Notes under the pieces: model-generated
Told to the model about the DNA's origin: nothing
What the model saw: the letters and a program-made list of their open reading frames with translations, nothing else
Database searches by the model: none
Source: Chloroflexota bacterium
GTDB taxonomy: Bacteria; Chloroflexota; UBA11872; VXOZ01
DNA length: 64,000 nt
Reading direction: 5' to 3'
NCBI GenBank assembly: GCA_965221905.1
Contig: OZ244922.1
Coordinates: 704,001-768,000, forward strand
Made by a program: the position numbers and the translations under genes
Shown: piece by piece, positions 9,198 through 19,297 of the stretch
Numbering within the stretch: the first letter of the stretch is position 1
Layout of the letters: the number at the start of each line of letters is the position of its first letter

Positions 9198-10475
9198 TCA
9201 GACCGCCACTGGCTCGCGGAGACCGAGGAGCACGTCAATTGCGGCTTGGCGAATCAAGGGTTCGCTGGAAGGCGCGATAGCAGCGAGATTGGGCTCCATG
9301 CCGCCCTGGTCGAATGCTTCCGGCGTGGGCACGTAGGCAACCTCTCGTGTCGGGCGGCTGATGACGACCGTGTGCCGAAACGGCGACGCCTCCTTGATGG
9401 CAAGTGCGGTCTCGTGAAACAATTCGCCCGGCATGTGCACGAGGGCGGTGTCGCCCAGCGTGACGACCTTGATCGGGTATCGGATGGTAGGATTCTGCTC
9501 GTACCACTCGTAGAGGAAGCGGTGGTAGCGATCATGCATTCGCTTGAAGTTGAAGCGCATCTCTTCCGGCTCCTCGGGCATCACGCGCGCCGGAATATCC
9601 ACTTCGCGGAAATGCGTCTCCATTGCCGGTGTGCTATCAGGTTTGATCTGCTCGAAGACATACAGCGCTTGGGCGCCGACTGAGCGGCCAATGCGGCGCG
9701 CGGCCCAGCCCTCGCGCTCAATAGGCACAACGTCGCCCAAGCCACCTTGGGCAAAGACAATCGGCAGTCCCGCAACCTCGCCAAAGACATCCGCTACGTA
9801 ACGAGGATAATCGGCGGAGATGCCGCCGTACTTGTCGGTAGAGCAGAGCGCATGACAGCCAAAGTTGATGAATGCGCCGATAGACTCGCCGTCCAGGGTA
9901 TCGAAGCGGAGCACGCTGACTTCATCGTCTTTCCCTTGCTCGACCCACGCGGGATCGGGCGGCGATTCTTGGCGATTGAAGACCATGTGCACGGAACCGT
10001 CCGGCTTGATGAAGCGGCGGTTGTAACACACTTCGGGCGCATGACCGCCCCGTGACGACATGCGCACCGGCACGAGCATATCGAATGCGTCCTGAATGCC
10101 GTCTGCAATGCGCGCGCTAATCTCATCCTCGTAGTTCTCAATGATGAGGTCTTGGGCGAAGATCATAATGTACGCGCCGTAGTTAGAAATCGGTGTGGAA
10201 CCGATGTGAGAAGGGCAAAAGAGCGTGGGAAAGGGCGCGATGCCGCGGGCTTCTAACGCGTCGGCTACTTTCGCGTCGAAGTTGATGCCGAGCTCGAATG
10301 CGTCTACAGCCACGATTGCGGCGGTATGCTCCGCATCTTGGAGGAGCAGGATGCGCGCCTTTAACGGATCGTAAATGGGATAGCTGCGGTCCTTCTTCTT
10401 GCCATTGGTCGCATGTCGGTCCTGGTCGGGAGTGATGTCTACGGCGGTAAAGGCAGCGTGCAAGCCTTCATTCAC
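9198..10475 (-). CDS. Neutral/alkaline ceramidase-like amidohydrolase
   Basis: VDITP, DPLKARIL, YNRR, NFGCHA, ISADYP, QGGLGDV and PGELF motifs of the neutral ceramidase fold. Confidence 0.7.
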   Translation of the reverse strand: MNEGLHAAFTAVDITPDQDRHATNGKKKDRSYPIYDPLKARILLLQDAEHTAAIVAVDAFELGINFDAKVADALEARGIAPFPTLFCPSHIGSTPISNYGAYIMIFAQDLIIENYEDEISARIADGIQDAFDMLVPVRMSSRGGHAPEVCYNRRFIKPDGSVHMVFNRQESPPDPAWVEQGKDDEVSVLRFDTLDGESIGAFINFGCHALCSTDKYGGISADYPRYVADVFGEVAGLPIVFAQGGLGDVVPIEREGWAARRIGRSVGAQALYVFEQIKPDSTPAMETHFREVDIPARVMPEEPEEMRFNFKRMHDRYHRFLYEWYEQNPTIRYPIKVVTLGDTALVHMPGELFHETALAIKEASPFRHTVVISRPTREVAYVPTPEAFDQGGMEPNLAAIAPSSEPLIRQAAIDVLLGLREPVAV

Positions 10476-10736
10476 GGGTGCTCTCCTCTACGATTCATGT
10501 GCGTACGTTTACTATATTACCTGCAGTTGCTCAATTGGAAAAGCAGCCAAGACCAGCAGACCCGGAAGTGTCACCTTCGCGGGACTGTAGTTCACGACAT
10601 TTGCATGTTGCTTGAATGCAACATTGTACGTCGCTCCCACGTGTCATTCCAAGCGCAGCGGCGAACCAGAGTTCGAGGAATCTAGGGTTTAAGCAAGAAA
10701 AGATGTGCTCGAAACGATAGCGGCTGTCTGCGTTTA

Positions 10737-10821
10737 GGAGCGGGGGACAAGCCCCCGCGCTACGGTATCCCGGTTCTTGATTTTGGGGTGTGCGTTCGGT
10801 AGCGCAGGTTTGTAACCTGCG
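10737..10821. repeat. GTAG-tagged REP elements (two families)
   Basis: GTAGCGCGGGGGCTTGTCCCCCGCTCC (here on the minus strand; also 26934, 27120, 63945) and GTAGCGCAGGTTTGTAACCTGCG (also about 24592, 46403). Confidence 0.85.
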
Positions 10822-11022
10822 TTTCTCGCCAAAGGATAGGCAAAGAGAGGGCAAGGTCACTCCGCGACCGCAGACGGAGGAGGTCGGATGCCAAATGCGG
10901 ACTATCCCACAGGCAAAGTGGCGTAGGCGCCGCCTCCCAGCAGCCCGCGTGCATTCAACTACCTGCCGCTCGCTTATAATGGATGAGTAGGACTTTTCAC
11001 CTGGAACACAGGAACAGCACTT

Positions 11023-12231
11023 TTGAAGAAGCGTGTGGTGGTGCTGGGCTCCACCGGCTCCATCGGACAACAGACGCTCGACGTCATTCGTGCGAGCCCT
11101 GACGCCTTTACCGTCGTCGGGCTAGCGTCCGGTCGTGACGTGCGCACGCTGGCGGCACAAATTGCTGAGTTCAAGCCGCAGGCGGCGTATTGCGTAGACG
11201 GCAGCGTGGCGCGCCATGTCGGCGCAACTACGCGAGTCTTTTCCGGCGACGACGGTATTACGCAGCTTGTCGAAGCGGTCGAAGCCGACACTACGGTCGT
11301 GGGCACGCCGGGGATGGTCGGCGCACGTGCGACCATGGCTGCGCTTGAGCGTGGACAGGACGTGGCGCTGGCGAATAAAGAGACCCTCGTCATGGCCGGG
11401 GACCTGGTCATGCAGGCGGCATCCGCCAACGGCGCCACCGTATTGCCGACCGATAGCGAACACAGTGCCGTCTGGCAATGTCTGCGGGGTGAAGACGAGG
11501 CGGCCATACAACGACTGATTCTTGCCGCGTCAGGCGGCCCTTTCCGCACGGCGTCAGCGCAATCGTTGGCAAACGTAACGCCGGAGCAGGCCTTGCGGCA
11601 TCCCACGTGGTCTATGGGCGCAAAGATTACCGTCGACTCTGCCACGCTACTGAACAAGGGCCTGGAAATCATCGAAGCGCATTGGCTGTTTGCATTGCCG
11701 TATGCGAAGATCGAAGTAGTGATACATCCGCAGAGCATCGTGCACGCGCTGGTCGAGTTTGTGGATGGGGCGGTGAAAGCGCAGTTGAGCCATCCCGATA
11801 TGCGCTTGCCGATCCAGCACGCGCTGAGCTTTCCGGAACGTTTGCCGGTACATTGGGGCGGTCTCGATTTCGCGCGAGCGCCGGTTCTGGAGTTTTTCGA
11901 GACAGAGAGCGCGCGGTTTCCTTGCCTTGAGCTAGCCCGGCAAGCGGCGGAAACCGGTGGCACCGCGCCCACGGTGCTTTGCGCCGCTGACGAGGTTGCC
12001 GTTGAGCTCTTCTTGAAGGGCAGGATAGGTTTCTTGGATATTCCACGCCTGATTGCACGAGCGTTGGAGGCTCATGCGAGCACGCGGGTAGAGTCGTTGG
12101 ACCATGTGCTCGCCGTGGCCGTTGAGACGAGGCAACGGCTCTTGGAGGATTCTACAACTACCTCCGCTACACCGGTGAAAGCTAGAATCCAAGAGGGCGG
12201 ACAGGATGGATTCCCGCTTTCGCGGGAATGA
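11023..12231 (+). CDS. dxr: 1-deoxy-D-xylulose-5-phosphate reductoisomerase
   Basis: LGSTGSIG, LANKETLV, PTDSEHSA, ASGGPF, HPTWSMGAKITVDSAT, NKGLE. Confidence 0.97.
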   Translation: MKKRVVVLGSTGSIGQQTLDVIRASPDAFTVVGLASGRDVRTLAAQIAEFKPQAAYCVDGSVARHVGATTRVFSGDDGITQLVEAVEADTTVVGTPGMVGARATMAALERGQDVALANKETLVMAGDLVMQAASANGATVLPTDSEHSAVWQCLRGEDEAAIQRLILAASGGPFRTASAQSLANVTPEQALRHPTWSMGAKITVDSATLLNKGLEIIEAHWLFALPYAKIEVVIHPQSIVHALVEFVDGAVKAQLSHPDMRLPIQHALSFPERLPVHWGGLDFARAPVLEFFETESARFPCLELARQAAETGGTAPTVLCAADEVAVELFLKGRIGFLDIPRLIARALEAHASTRVESLDHVLAVAVETRQRLLEDSTTTSATPVKARIQEGGQDGFPLSRE

Positions 12232-12263
12232 CGGACTTTCTGACACCAGAGTGGGAATGACGG
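12207..12263. repeat. CGTC-tagged REP (GGATTCCCGCTTTCGCGGGAATGACGG) plus a degenerate tandem copy
   Basis: Hairpin with TTTC loop. Relatives at about 8845, 19532, 27176, 27950, 31301, 45445, 47393 and 60198. Confidence 0.85.
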
Positions 12264-12294
12264 ACTTGCTGATACCAGACATGAATCGGGACGT

Positions 12295-13326
12295 ATGATG
12301 TTTATCACGATCTTTGCTTTTGTCTTCGTCCTCTCACTCCTAATACTTGTCCACGAAATCGGGCACTTCGCGGCAGCGAGACGCGTGGGCATCCGTGTGG
12401 AGGAGTTTGGCATCGGTTGGCCGCCGCGGCTCTTCTCGCGACGCATCGGCGAAACTCTCTATTCGATAAATCTGCTGCCGTTGGGCGGCTTTGTGCGCAT
12501 GTTTGGTGAGTTCGGGAGCGCGGAGCCCGGCAGTTTCATGAGCAAGCGGCCGGTAGAGCGAGTGGTGGTGATCTTGGCGGGCGTCGCTATGAACTTCCTG
12601 ATCGCGCCGGTGCTTTTCAGTTTTGCTTTTATGCTTGGAGAGCCGACATATACCGATCGTATCTTCGTGCAGGAAGTGGTACCGGAAAGTCCTGCCGCTG
12701 TGGTGGGGCTAATGGAGGGCGACCGCATTCTCGCGATCAATGATGTTGCCATCACGACGATGTTTCAAGTGCGGGAGCAAATAGGCGAGGTGGAAGAAGG
12801 CACGCCGATTCGCTTATCCATTGAACGGGAAAGCCGGCAAGAAACACTGAGCGTGATACCCAGGTACAATCCGCAGATCGAGCGCTTGGCGATTGGAGTC
12901 GTGCTGTTGCCGGAGCACACGATCAAGCGCTATTGGCCGTGGGAGGCGGCGTGGCGCGGTATCCAGCGGACAGGCGAGATGTTTGCGCTCATTGGGCTGG
13001 GTGTTGCCAGTCTGGTCCAGGGCTCGGAAGAAGCGGATCTGATGGGCCCGGTGGGCATTGCGTCGCTGACCGGGCAAGTGGCCCGCTCCGGCTTCTCGCG
13101 CTTGCTTACGTTTACGGGGTTCTTGAGCATTAACCTCGCAATCATCAATTTGCTTCCCTTTCCCGGTCTCGACGGCGCGCGGTTTGTGTTCACCGTGGTG
13201 GAGATGGTGCGCGGTCGCCCCGTTCCTCCCAAGCGTGAGGCCGCCATTAACTTTGCCGGCATCATCATATTGCTCACCCTCACGGTACTGATCACATACC
13301 GCGATATCGTGCGTCTCATGGGATAG
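12295..13326 (+). CDS. rseP: RIP metalloprotease RseP (M50, PDZ)
   Basis: HEIGH zinc motif, LPLGGFVRM, PDZ domain, NLLPFPGLDG; canonical dxr-rseP synteny. Confidence 0.93.
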   Translation: MMFITIFAFVFVLSLLILVHEIGHFAAARRVGIRVEEFGIGWPPRLFSRRIGETLYSINLLPLGGFVRMFGEFGSAEPGSFMSKRPVERVVVILAGVAMNFLIAPVLFSFAFMLGEPTYTDRIFVQEVVPESPAAVVGLMEGDRILAINDVAITTMFQVREQIGEVEEGTPIRLSIERESRQETLSVIPRYNPQIERLAIGVVLLPEHTIKRYWPWEAAWRGIQRTGEMFALIGLGVASLVQGSEEADLMGPVGIASLTGQVARSGFSRLLTFTGFLSINLAIINLLPFPGLDGARFVFTVVEMVRGRPVPPKREAAINFAGIIILLTLTVLITYRDIVRLMG

Positions 13327-13351
13327 TATTCTGTGGTTGCTCTGCGCACTG

Positions 13352-13360
13352 TGCTACAAT
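13352..13360 (+). promoter_or_regulatory. Extended -10 promoter (TGCTACAAT)
   Basis: TGnTAnAAT about 50 bp upstream of the alcohol dehydrogenase start. Confidence 0.45.
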
Positions 13361-13410
13361 GTCCAGCGCAGTCCGTTCGAATTGGCGTGCGCAACGAAGG
13401 GGATTCACGT

Positions 13411-14571
13411 GTGTCGCAGGTATTCTCCTTTCGAATTCCGCAAGCAATTCACTTTGGCCCCGGCGTTTATCATCAGCTCCCTGCACTCGTGCGTGCGCAC
13501 GTACACGAGCGTGCGGCGACAACCGAGCGCATCCTGCTGATTACCGATCCCGGTCTCGTGGCTGCCGGTATCGTTCCGGCGGTTGAGGAAGCATTAGTTG
13601 CTGCTGGTGGCGAAGTTGTGCGCTACCAGGATATTCCACCGGAACCGCATCTCGATGACGTAGAACGTTGCCGCTCGTTTGCTGCTGAGCGGGGTGCTGC
13701 CGTGGTCGTAGGTGTGGGTGGCGGCAGTGTGCTCGATGCCGCCAAGATCGTGGGCGGCTTTGCGGCCAGCGCGAAGCCTTTGGCTGATCTACTCGATCGT
13801 GAAGACGAGGACTTGGCGCCGGGGCTGCCGATCTTTCTCCTGCCCACCACGGCGGGTTCGGGCGCTGAGGTTACTGCCGGCGCAATCGTCTCTTTTCAAG
13901 GTCGTAAGCGCCGCTTGGTCGGACGCTATGCACGTCCCGTGGTTGCCCTCATCGATCCTACGTTCACGCGCAGCTTGCCGGAGAGTGTCACGGTTGCCAG
14001 CGGGTTGGATGCGCTGACCCATGCCATAGAGTCCTATGCAGCGCGGCGTGCGAGCCCAATGAGCAAACTCTATTCACGGGAAGCCTTTCGCCTAATCATG
14101 GCGTGGCTGCCGCGTGTACTGGCGAGTCCGCACGATTTGGATGCACGCAGCAAGATGGCACAGGCGGCACTGTATGCCGGCATTGCCGTGGCAAATGCCG
14201 GCGCTGGGGCGGTACATGCGCTCGCGTACCCGTTGGGCGGGAGGATCAGCGTGCCTCACGGCATTGCAAACGCCATTCTGCTGCCGCATGTGTTGCAAGA
14301 GAACTTGGACGCTAGCCCGGCGGCCTACGCTGCACTCTGCGACGAATCCGACCCGTGCGGCGCGCAGTCACAGGGCGACCGCCTGCTTGACGCAGTGCAG
14401 AGGCTGCTCTGCACACTGGAAACACCGACGCGGCTTGCCGAGTTTGGCGTGCAGCAGAACGCTTTACCATCGCTAGCGGAAGAAGCTCACGGTATTCGCA
14501 GACTTTTGGATAACAATGTGCGTGATTTCAGTCCCGAGGAAATTGAAGCGCTTTACGTAGCCGCCTGGTGA
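13411..14571 (+). CDS. Iron-containing alcohol dehydrogenase
   Basis: GGGSVLDAAK, PTTAGSGAEVT, DALTHAIE, VHALAY, PHGIAN. GTG at 13411 follows AAGGGGA. Confidence 0.92.
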   Translation: MSQVFSFRIPQAIHFGPGVYHQLPALVRAHVHERAATTERILLITDPGLVAAGIVPAVEEALVAAGGEVVRYQDIPPEPHLDDVERCRSFAAERGAAVVVGVGGGSVLDAAKIVGGFAASAKPLADLLDREDEDLAPGLPIFLLPTTAGSGAEVTAGAIVSFQGRKRRLVGRYARPVVALIDPTFTRSLPESVTVASGLDALTHAIESYAARRASPMSKLYSREAFRLIMAWLPRVLASPHDLDARSKMAQAALYAGIAVANAGAGAVHALAYPLGGRISVPHGIANAILLPHVLQENLDASPAAYAALCDESDPCGAQSQGDRLLDAVQRLLCTLETPTRLAEFGVQQNALPSLAEEAHGIRRLLDNNVRDFSPEEIEALYVAAW

Positions 14572-14893
14572 TCTCTCCTCGTCTTTGGTAGTACCGCATG
14601 GCGAGAAAGGAAAGAGTGTTGGCGGGGTTATGCCTTTGCTGCTCGACGGTGGTTTGGCGGCGCGATAATTGCCCCAGTATCTATCACATTAGCTCGGTGG
14701 TCAAGAGAGACTTGGGACAATCTGCGGAGCACCTATCTGGAGAAGTCGACTGAATGTCGATCCGAAGTTGTTACCATGCCTCTATTGGTTCACTCTTTCA
14801 GCCGCCTGATGAACGATGGGACTGTACTCGCTACCTGAGGAGCGTATACAATCTCTCTAACCGTGTAAGCGCAACCACTAACCAACACCGCCC

Positions 14894-17260
14894 ATGACTG
14901 TACAGCAACGACAGCCCATAGTCATCGACCTTGTCGCACTGGCGAGCTTCTTGCTCATCGTGCTTGTCTTCTTTTGGAAATCGGTCCTCGGACGAGGCGT
15001 AATCGGCAGCTTTGACTTGGTCACGCTGTTCTACCCCTACAAGACCTATATACGCCAGTTAATAGGCGAAGGTGAGTTCCCCTTGTGGAATCCCCTGGTC
15101 TATCTTGGTGTGCCGCTGCTCGCCAATATCCAGACCAGTGTGCTCTATCCGCTGGATGTCCTGTTCCTAATGTTCTCGTTTCCGACGGCGCTCACTTGGA
15201 GTGTGGTTCTGCACATATGGCTGGCGCTGGCGGGGATGTATCTCTTCTTACGCTATGGGTTAGGCACGACGATTTTCGCAGCATGGATTGGCGCTCTGTG
15301 TTTCGGCCTGGGCGGGTTCTTGCTGCCGCACATTGGGCATCTCAACCAGGTGCACACTGCCATTTGGCTGCCGTGGATATTACTCTGTGCGAGACGAGCG
15401 TGTGCACCGTCTACCGTTTGGATTCTCTTGGGCTGCATCGTGACTGCGCTTAGCTTTCTGGCAGGGCATACGCAAGAGTTTTATTACACGTTCGTTGCCG
15501 TGGGATTATTCTGCGCCTACTTAGCATTTGCGTTGCCTACCGAAATGACGTCGCGCTGGTGGGCGTTAGTCGTGCCGGCCCTCTTCGTCCTCGTTGGGGG
15601 AGTCTTGAGCGCAGCGCAACTCTTACCGACGTTAGAAGCCGTAGCGCAATCTTACCGTCTGGGTGGCGTATCGTTGCAGGAAGCGGCCGCGCAAGCGCTG
15701 CATCGAAACGAGCTATCTCTCTTTCTATTGCCCGGCTACTGGAAATCGCCGCCAAGTCTGGAGTCGGCAGGATACATTGGCGTTAGCGGCGCAGTACTCG
15801 CCTTCTTTGGTATCTTGCAGATCATGCGGCAGCGCTGGGTGCCGTTCTTTCTCCTTCTCTCCTTGTTCGCATTCATCTTGGCGCTAGGCACCTATACGCC
15901 GCTCTTTGGCATTCTGCACCAGGTGCTGCCGGGGTTTTCATCGTTTCGGGTTGCCGGGCGGTGGCTCTTTCTCGCCAGCTTTGGCCTCTCGGTACTGGCA
16001 GCGCTGGGCGCCGACCGATTGCGGGACGATCTTCGCCCGGGAGAACGACGCCACATTTCACTGCTATTCCTTACGAGCACCTTGGCGGGCATGTTCTTCT
16101 TGCTTGCATTTATCGGCCGCATGTACCTTGTTCGCTCGCATCAGGCCTTGCCCGAGCCCAAGGTGGTGATGCTTTGGGTGATCGTTGCGCTAATCACATA
16201 CACGACTATTCTATTAGTGCTCAACCACGGTTTAGCGAATACGCTATCGTATGTGCTGCTTGGCGCGCTTGTCGTAACTGAACTCTTCTTCGCCTCCCGC
16301 CCGCTTGAATTCAATCAGGTGATGCCGCCCGAAATCTATCAGCCTTCAACGGAAACTGAACAATTGTCGCAGCACTGGCGTGACTCACGATATGTCAGCA
16401 TGGCGAAAGAGCGCTTCCCCTTGGTGGATGAAGAGTTGCGCAAAGAAGAGCTTTTGGAGTCGTTGCCCGATCTATGGGCGCGTCTTGCACTGCAGTATAA
16501 GCGGTACAGTGACGAGCTTCGCACCAACCTAAACCTACGCTTAGGCATAGCCAGTGCCGATGGGTATGACGGCGGGGTACTTCCTTCCCAGAACTACGTG
16601 CAACTGCGCACGGCCCTGTTCGAACGTTCAGATGTGCCTCCGCACTTTGCCTTGCCGGACGTTGATCTGAAGCAGGTAGACGCAACTCTGTGGGGATTGC
16701 TCAACGTGCGCTATCTCATCACTGATCATCAGCAACGAGAACCGGGACCCGGGTGGAACCTCGTCGGTCAATTGAGAGAGGACGGTCCCCTACTCTTCGA
16801 GAACGAGGAGCTTCTACCGCGGGCCTTCGTGGTCTATGAGACGGTGGTGGAGGATGATCCGCTGCGGCTGCGGACTATTGACGTGGCACGCCAGGCGCTT
16901 GTGGAGCGACCGATTCCCGAGCTTGTTGGATCTACCGGCCAGCCCGTTGCAGCCACGGTGATATCTGAGTCCCCCCGACGAGTCGAGATCCAAGCCTCCA
17001 CGTCGCAACCGGGTCTGCTTGTGCTTTCAGATGCCTTCTACCCGGGTTGGACGGCCACAATTAACGGTAATCCGGCAGAGATACATCTCGTTGACCTGGC
17101 ATTGCGCGGTGTGCTGCTTCCCTCCGGCGATCACACTATCGTATTCCAATACCAACCCCGTTGGTTTCAGGTTGGCGTTGTTGTAAGCCTAGTCGGCTGG
17201 CTTGTCGTGCTGGCATTGCTCTTGCCGCGACTTATGCGCCGGGGCCCTAGACGCCTGTAA
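14894..17260 (+). CDS. YfhO family membrane protein (GT-C-like)
   Basis: PLWNP..YLGVPLLAN.Q, HLNQ, C-terminal LPRAF and LLVLSDAFYPGWTATING motifs; many TM helices. Confidence 0.9.
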   Translation: MTVQQRQPIVIDLVALASFLLIVLVFFWKSVLGRGVIGSFDLVTLFYPYKTYIRQLIGEGEFPLWNPLVYLGVPLLANIQTSVLYPLDVLFLMFSFPTALTWSVVLHIWLALAGMYLFLRYGLGTTIFAAWIGALCFGLGGFLLPHIGHLNQVHTAIWLPWILLCARRACAPSTVWILLGCIVTALSFLAGHTQEFYYTFVAVGLFCAYLAFALPTEMTSRWWALVVPALFVLVGGVLSAAQLLPTLEAVAQSYRLGGVSLQEAAAQALHRNELSLFLLPGYWKSPPSLESAGYIGVSGAVLAFFGILQIMRQRWVPFFLLLSLFAFILALGTYTPLFGILHQVLPGFSSFRVAGRWLFLASFGLSVLAALGADRLRDDLRPGERRHISLLFLTSTLAGMFFLLAFIGRMYLVRSHQALPEPKVVMLWVIVALITYTTILLVLNHGLANTLSYVLLGALVVTELFFASRPLEFNQVMPPEIYQPSTETEQLSQHWRDSRYVSMAKERFPLVDEELRKEELLESLPDLWARLALQYKRYSDELRTNLNLRLGIASADGYDGGVLPSQNYVQLRTALFERSDVPPHFALPDVDLKQVDATLWGLLNVRYLITDHQQREPGPGWNLVGQLREDGPLLFENEELLPRAFVVYETVVEDDPLRLRTIDVARQALVERPIPELVGSTGQPVAATVISESPRRVEIQASTSQPGLLVLSDAFYPGWTATINGNPAEIHLVDLALRGVLLPSGDHTIVFQYQPRWFQVGVVVSLVGWLVVLALLLPRLMRRGPRRL

Positions 17261-17324
17261 CTTTGTTGCTCTTGGCAACTGAGTTGCATTCAGCAACTGA
17301 GTTGCACTTTGCAACGAAACTGGA
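17257..17324. repeat. Four-unit 18-bp-period array with a palindromic GCAAC-N3-GTTGC core
   Basis: Units start at 17257 (GTAACTTTGTTGCT), 17275 and 17293 (GCAACTGAGTTGCA, identical) and 17311 (GCAACGAAACTGGA, degenerate). Confidence 0.7.
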
Positions 17325-17632
17325 ACTGCCACCCCTTTGGCTGCGCGGCTAATCGCGTGGCGTTGCGCTCTTCCTAGTCTTGACTTGGCGGAAACTCTCC
17401 TCTTGGCCGGATCAAGCGCGCTCTCAGAAAAAGCAGTGCTACGGCAAACTGCGTGGGATTCGCGTTTCCTAAACCTGCTGTATCCAAGCAACGCTTCTTC
17501 CGTGGCGCAGCCCCGCAATTTCCACGCTCTCTGCACGCGATCGGAGGCAATTGCAGGATTCTATCAACTGCGCAGGTTAAGTGAAACTGCCCACAAACGG
17601 TCGCACTTTCACAGACGCAGAAAGTACCGCGC

Positions 17633-19297
17633 TTAGGAAATGCCCTCGACATTGCCGGCGTCGTCGATGGTCATGCCATCTGCGGCGGGTACCGCGGGCA
17701 AGCCCGGCAACGTGAGGATATCGCCGGTCAAAGGGACAATGAATCCCGCGCCTGCGGCAAGCTTGACCTCGCGCACTGTGATAGTAAAGTCCTTTGGTCG
17801 GCCAAGTAGGCGGGGATTATCGGAGAACGACGACTGGGTCTTGGCCATGCAAATGGGAAGATGCTTGTGATCGCCGCGCTGAAGCTGCCGCAACATGCGG
17901 TTGGCCGCAGGCGCGTAGTTGACCTTCGCTGCGCCGTAGATCTCTCGGGCAACAGTGGCAATCTTGTCCTTGAGCGGCATGTCGTCGGGGTAGAGCAGCG
18001 CAAAAGTGTTCTCAGCTCCCCTATCAAGGAGACGGAGCACTGCTTCCGCCAAGGCCTTGCCACCTTCAATGCCGCCGGCAAATACGTCTGTCACAGCTAC
18101 GGACACACCTTCAGCCTCGCAAAAATCCGAGACGGCGCGCATGTCATTGGTTGTGTCTGAAGGAAATCGGTTGAGCGCGACCACGACGTCGAGACCGAAC
18201 TTCTTGATGTTCTCTATGTGTTTCTGCAAGTTGGCGAGACCGGCCTGCAAGGCGGCTGGGTTTTCCGTCTCCAAGTCGGCCGGGCGCACGCCCCCGTGGA
18301 GTTTGAGTGCGCGCACTGTGGCAACAAGCACGACTGCCGCAGGCGTGAGGCCGGCACGTCGACACTTGATGTTGAAGAACTTCTCAGCGCCGAGATCCGT
18401 CCCAAACCCGGCCTCCGTGACCACGTAGTCGGCGAGCTTCAGCCCAACGCGCGTGGCAATGATGGAGTTGCAGCCGTGGGCGATGTTGCCGAATGGCCCG
18501 CCGTGAACGAGCGCGGGCCCGCCAGCCATGTTCTGCACGAGGTTGGGGTGAACGGCCTCGCGGAGGAGGATCGTCATGGCGGCGTGGGCGTTCAGGTCAG
18601 CCGCCGTGACCGGCTTGCGGTCGAACGTCTCGCCCACGACAATCCGGCCCAAACGAACCTTAAGGTCGGCAAGGTTGCTGGAGAGGCAGAGGATCGCCAT
18701 GATCTCAGAAGCGGGAGTGATGTCGAATCCGCTTTCCCGCGGCACGCCCTCCGCGCGGCCGCCGAGTCCGATGACGATATTACGCAATGCGCGGTCGTTC
18801 ATATCAATTGTGCGCCGCCAGGTGATCCGCCGGGGATCTATGCCGAGTGTATTGCCCTGGTGCACGTGGTTGTCGAGTATGGCGGCGAGGAGGTTGTGGG
18901 CCGCTGTAATGGCGTGGAAGTCGCCGGTAAAGTGCAGGTTTATCTCGAGCGACGGTTCCAACGTCGCCTTGCCCCCGCCGGTTGCGCCGCCCTTAATACC
19001 GAATACCGGACCGAGCGACGGCTCGCGCGTGCACGAAAGGGCGTTCATTCCCATGCTAAAGAGCGTCTGCGCGAGACCGACGGTGACGGTGGTCTTGCCT
19101 TCTCCGGCCGACGTGGGAGAAATGGCGGTTACGAGGATGAGCTTGCCGTCCGGTTTCTCCGCGAGTCGCTCCAAGACCTGGGTGCGAATCTTACCCATGA
19201 GCGGACCGTAACTACTGAACTCGTCGGACTGCAGGTCGAGACGGCTTGCAATTGCGGTGATAGGTTGCGGTGTGTACGTGTCGGATGCGCTCGGCAC
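17633..19297 (-). CDS. fhs: Formate--tetrahydrofolate ligase
   Basis: TAISPTSAGEGKTT, REPSLGPVFGIKGGATGGG, HGGPFGNIAHGCNS, TEAGFGTDLGAEKF. GTG at 19297 follows AGGAG. Confidence 0.97.
   Translation of the reverse strand: MPSASDTYTPQPITAIASRLDLQSDEFSSYGPLMGKIRTQVLERLAEKPDGKLILVTAISPTSAGEGKTTVTVGLAQTLFSMGMNALSCTREPSLGPVFGIKGGATGGGKATLEPSLEINLHFTGDFHAITAAHNLLAAILDNHVHQGNTLGIDPRRITWRRTIDMNDRALRNIVIGLGGRAEGVPRESGFDITPASEIMAILCLSSNLADLKVRLGRIVVGETFDRKPVTAADLNAHAAMTILLREAVHPNLVQNMAGGPALVHGGPFGNIAHGCNSIIATRVGLKLADYVVTEAGFGTDLGAEKFFNIKCRRAGLTPAAVVLVATVRALKLHGGVRPADLETENPAALQAGLANLQKHIENIKKFGLDVVVALNRFPSDTTNDMRAVSDFCEAEGVSVAVTDVFAGGIEGGKALAEAVLRLLDRGAENTFALLYPDDMPLKDKIATVAREIYGAAKVNYAPAANRMLRQLQRGDHKHLPICMAKTQSSFSDNPRLLGRPKDFTITVREVKLAAGAGFIVPLTGDILTLPGLPAVPAADGMTIDDAGNVEGIS

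Noticed and set aside
14685-14765. tRNA D-arm-like TAGCTCGGTGGTCAAGAG
   Set aside because: No T-loop (TTCGA), acceptor stem or cloverleaf.
17330-17630. Possible transposase remnant (GYSRFRKRE) on the minus strand
   Set aside because: Only a short motif resemblance; no catalytic residues or terminal repeats.
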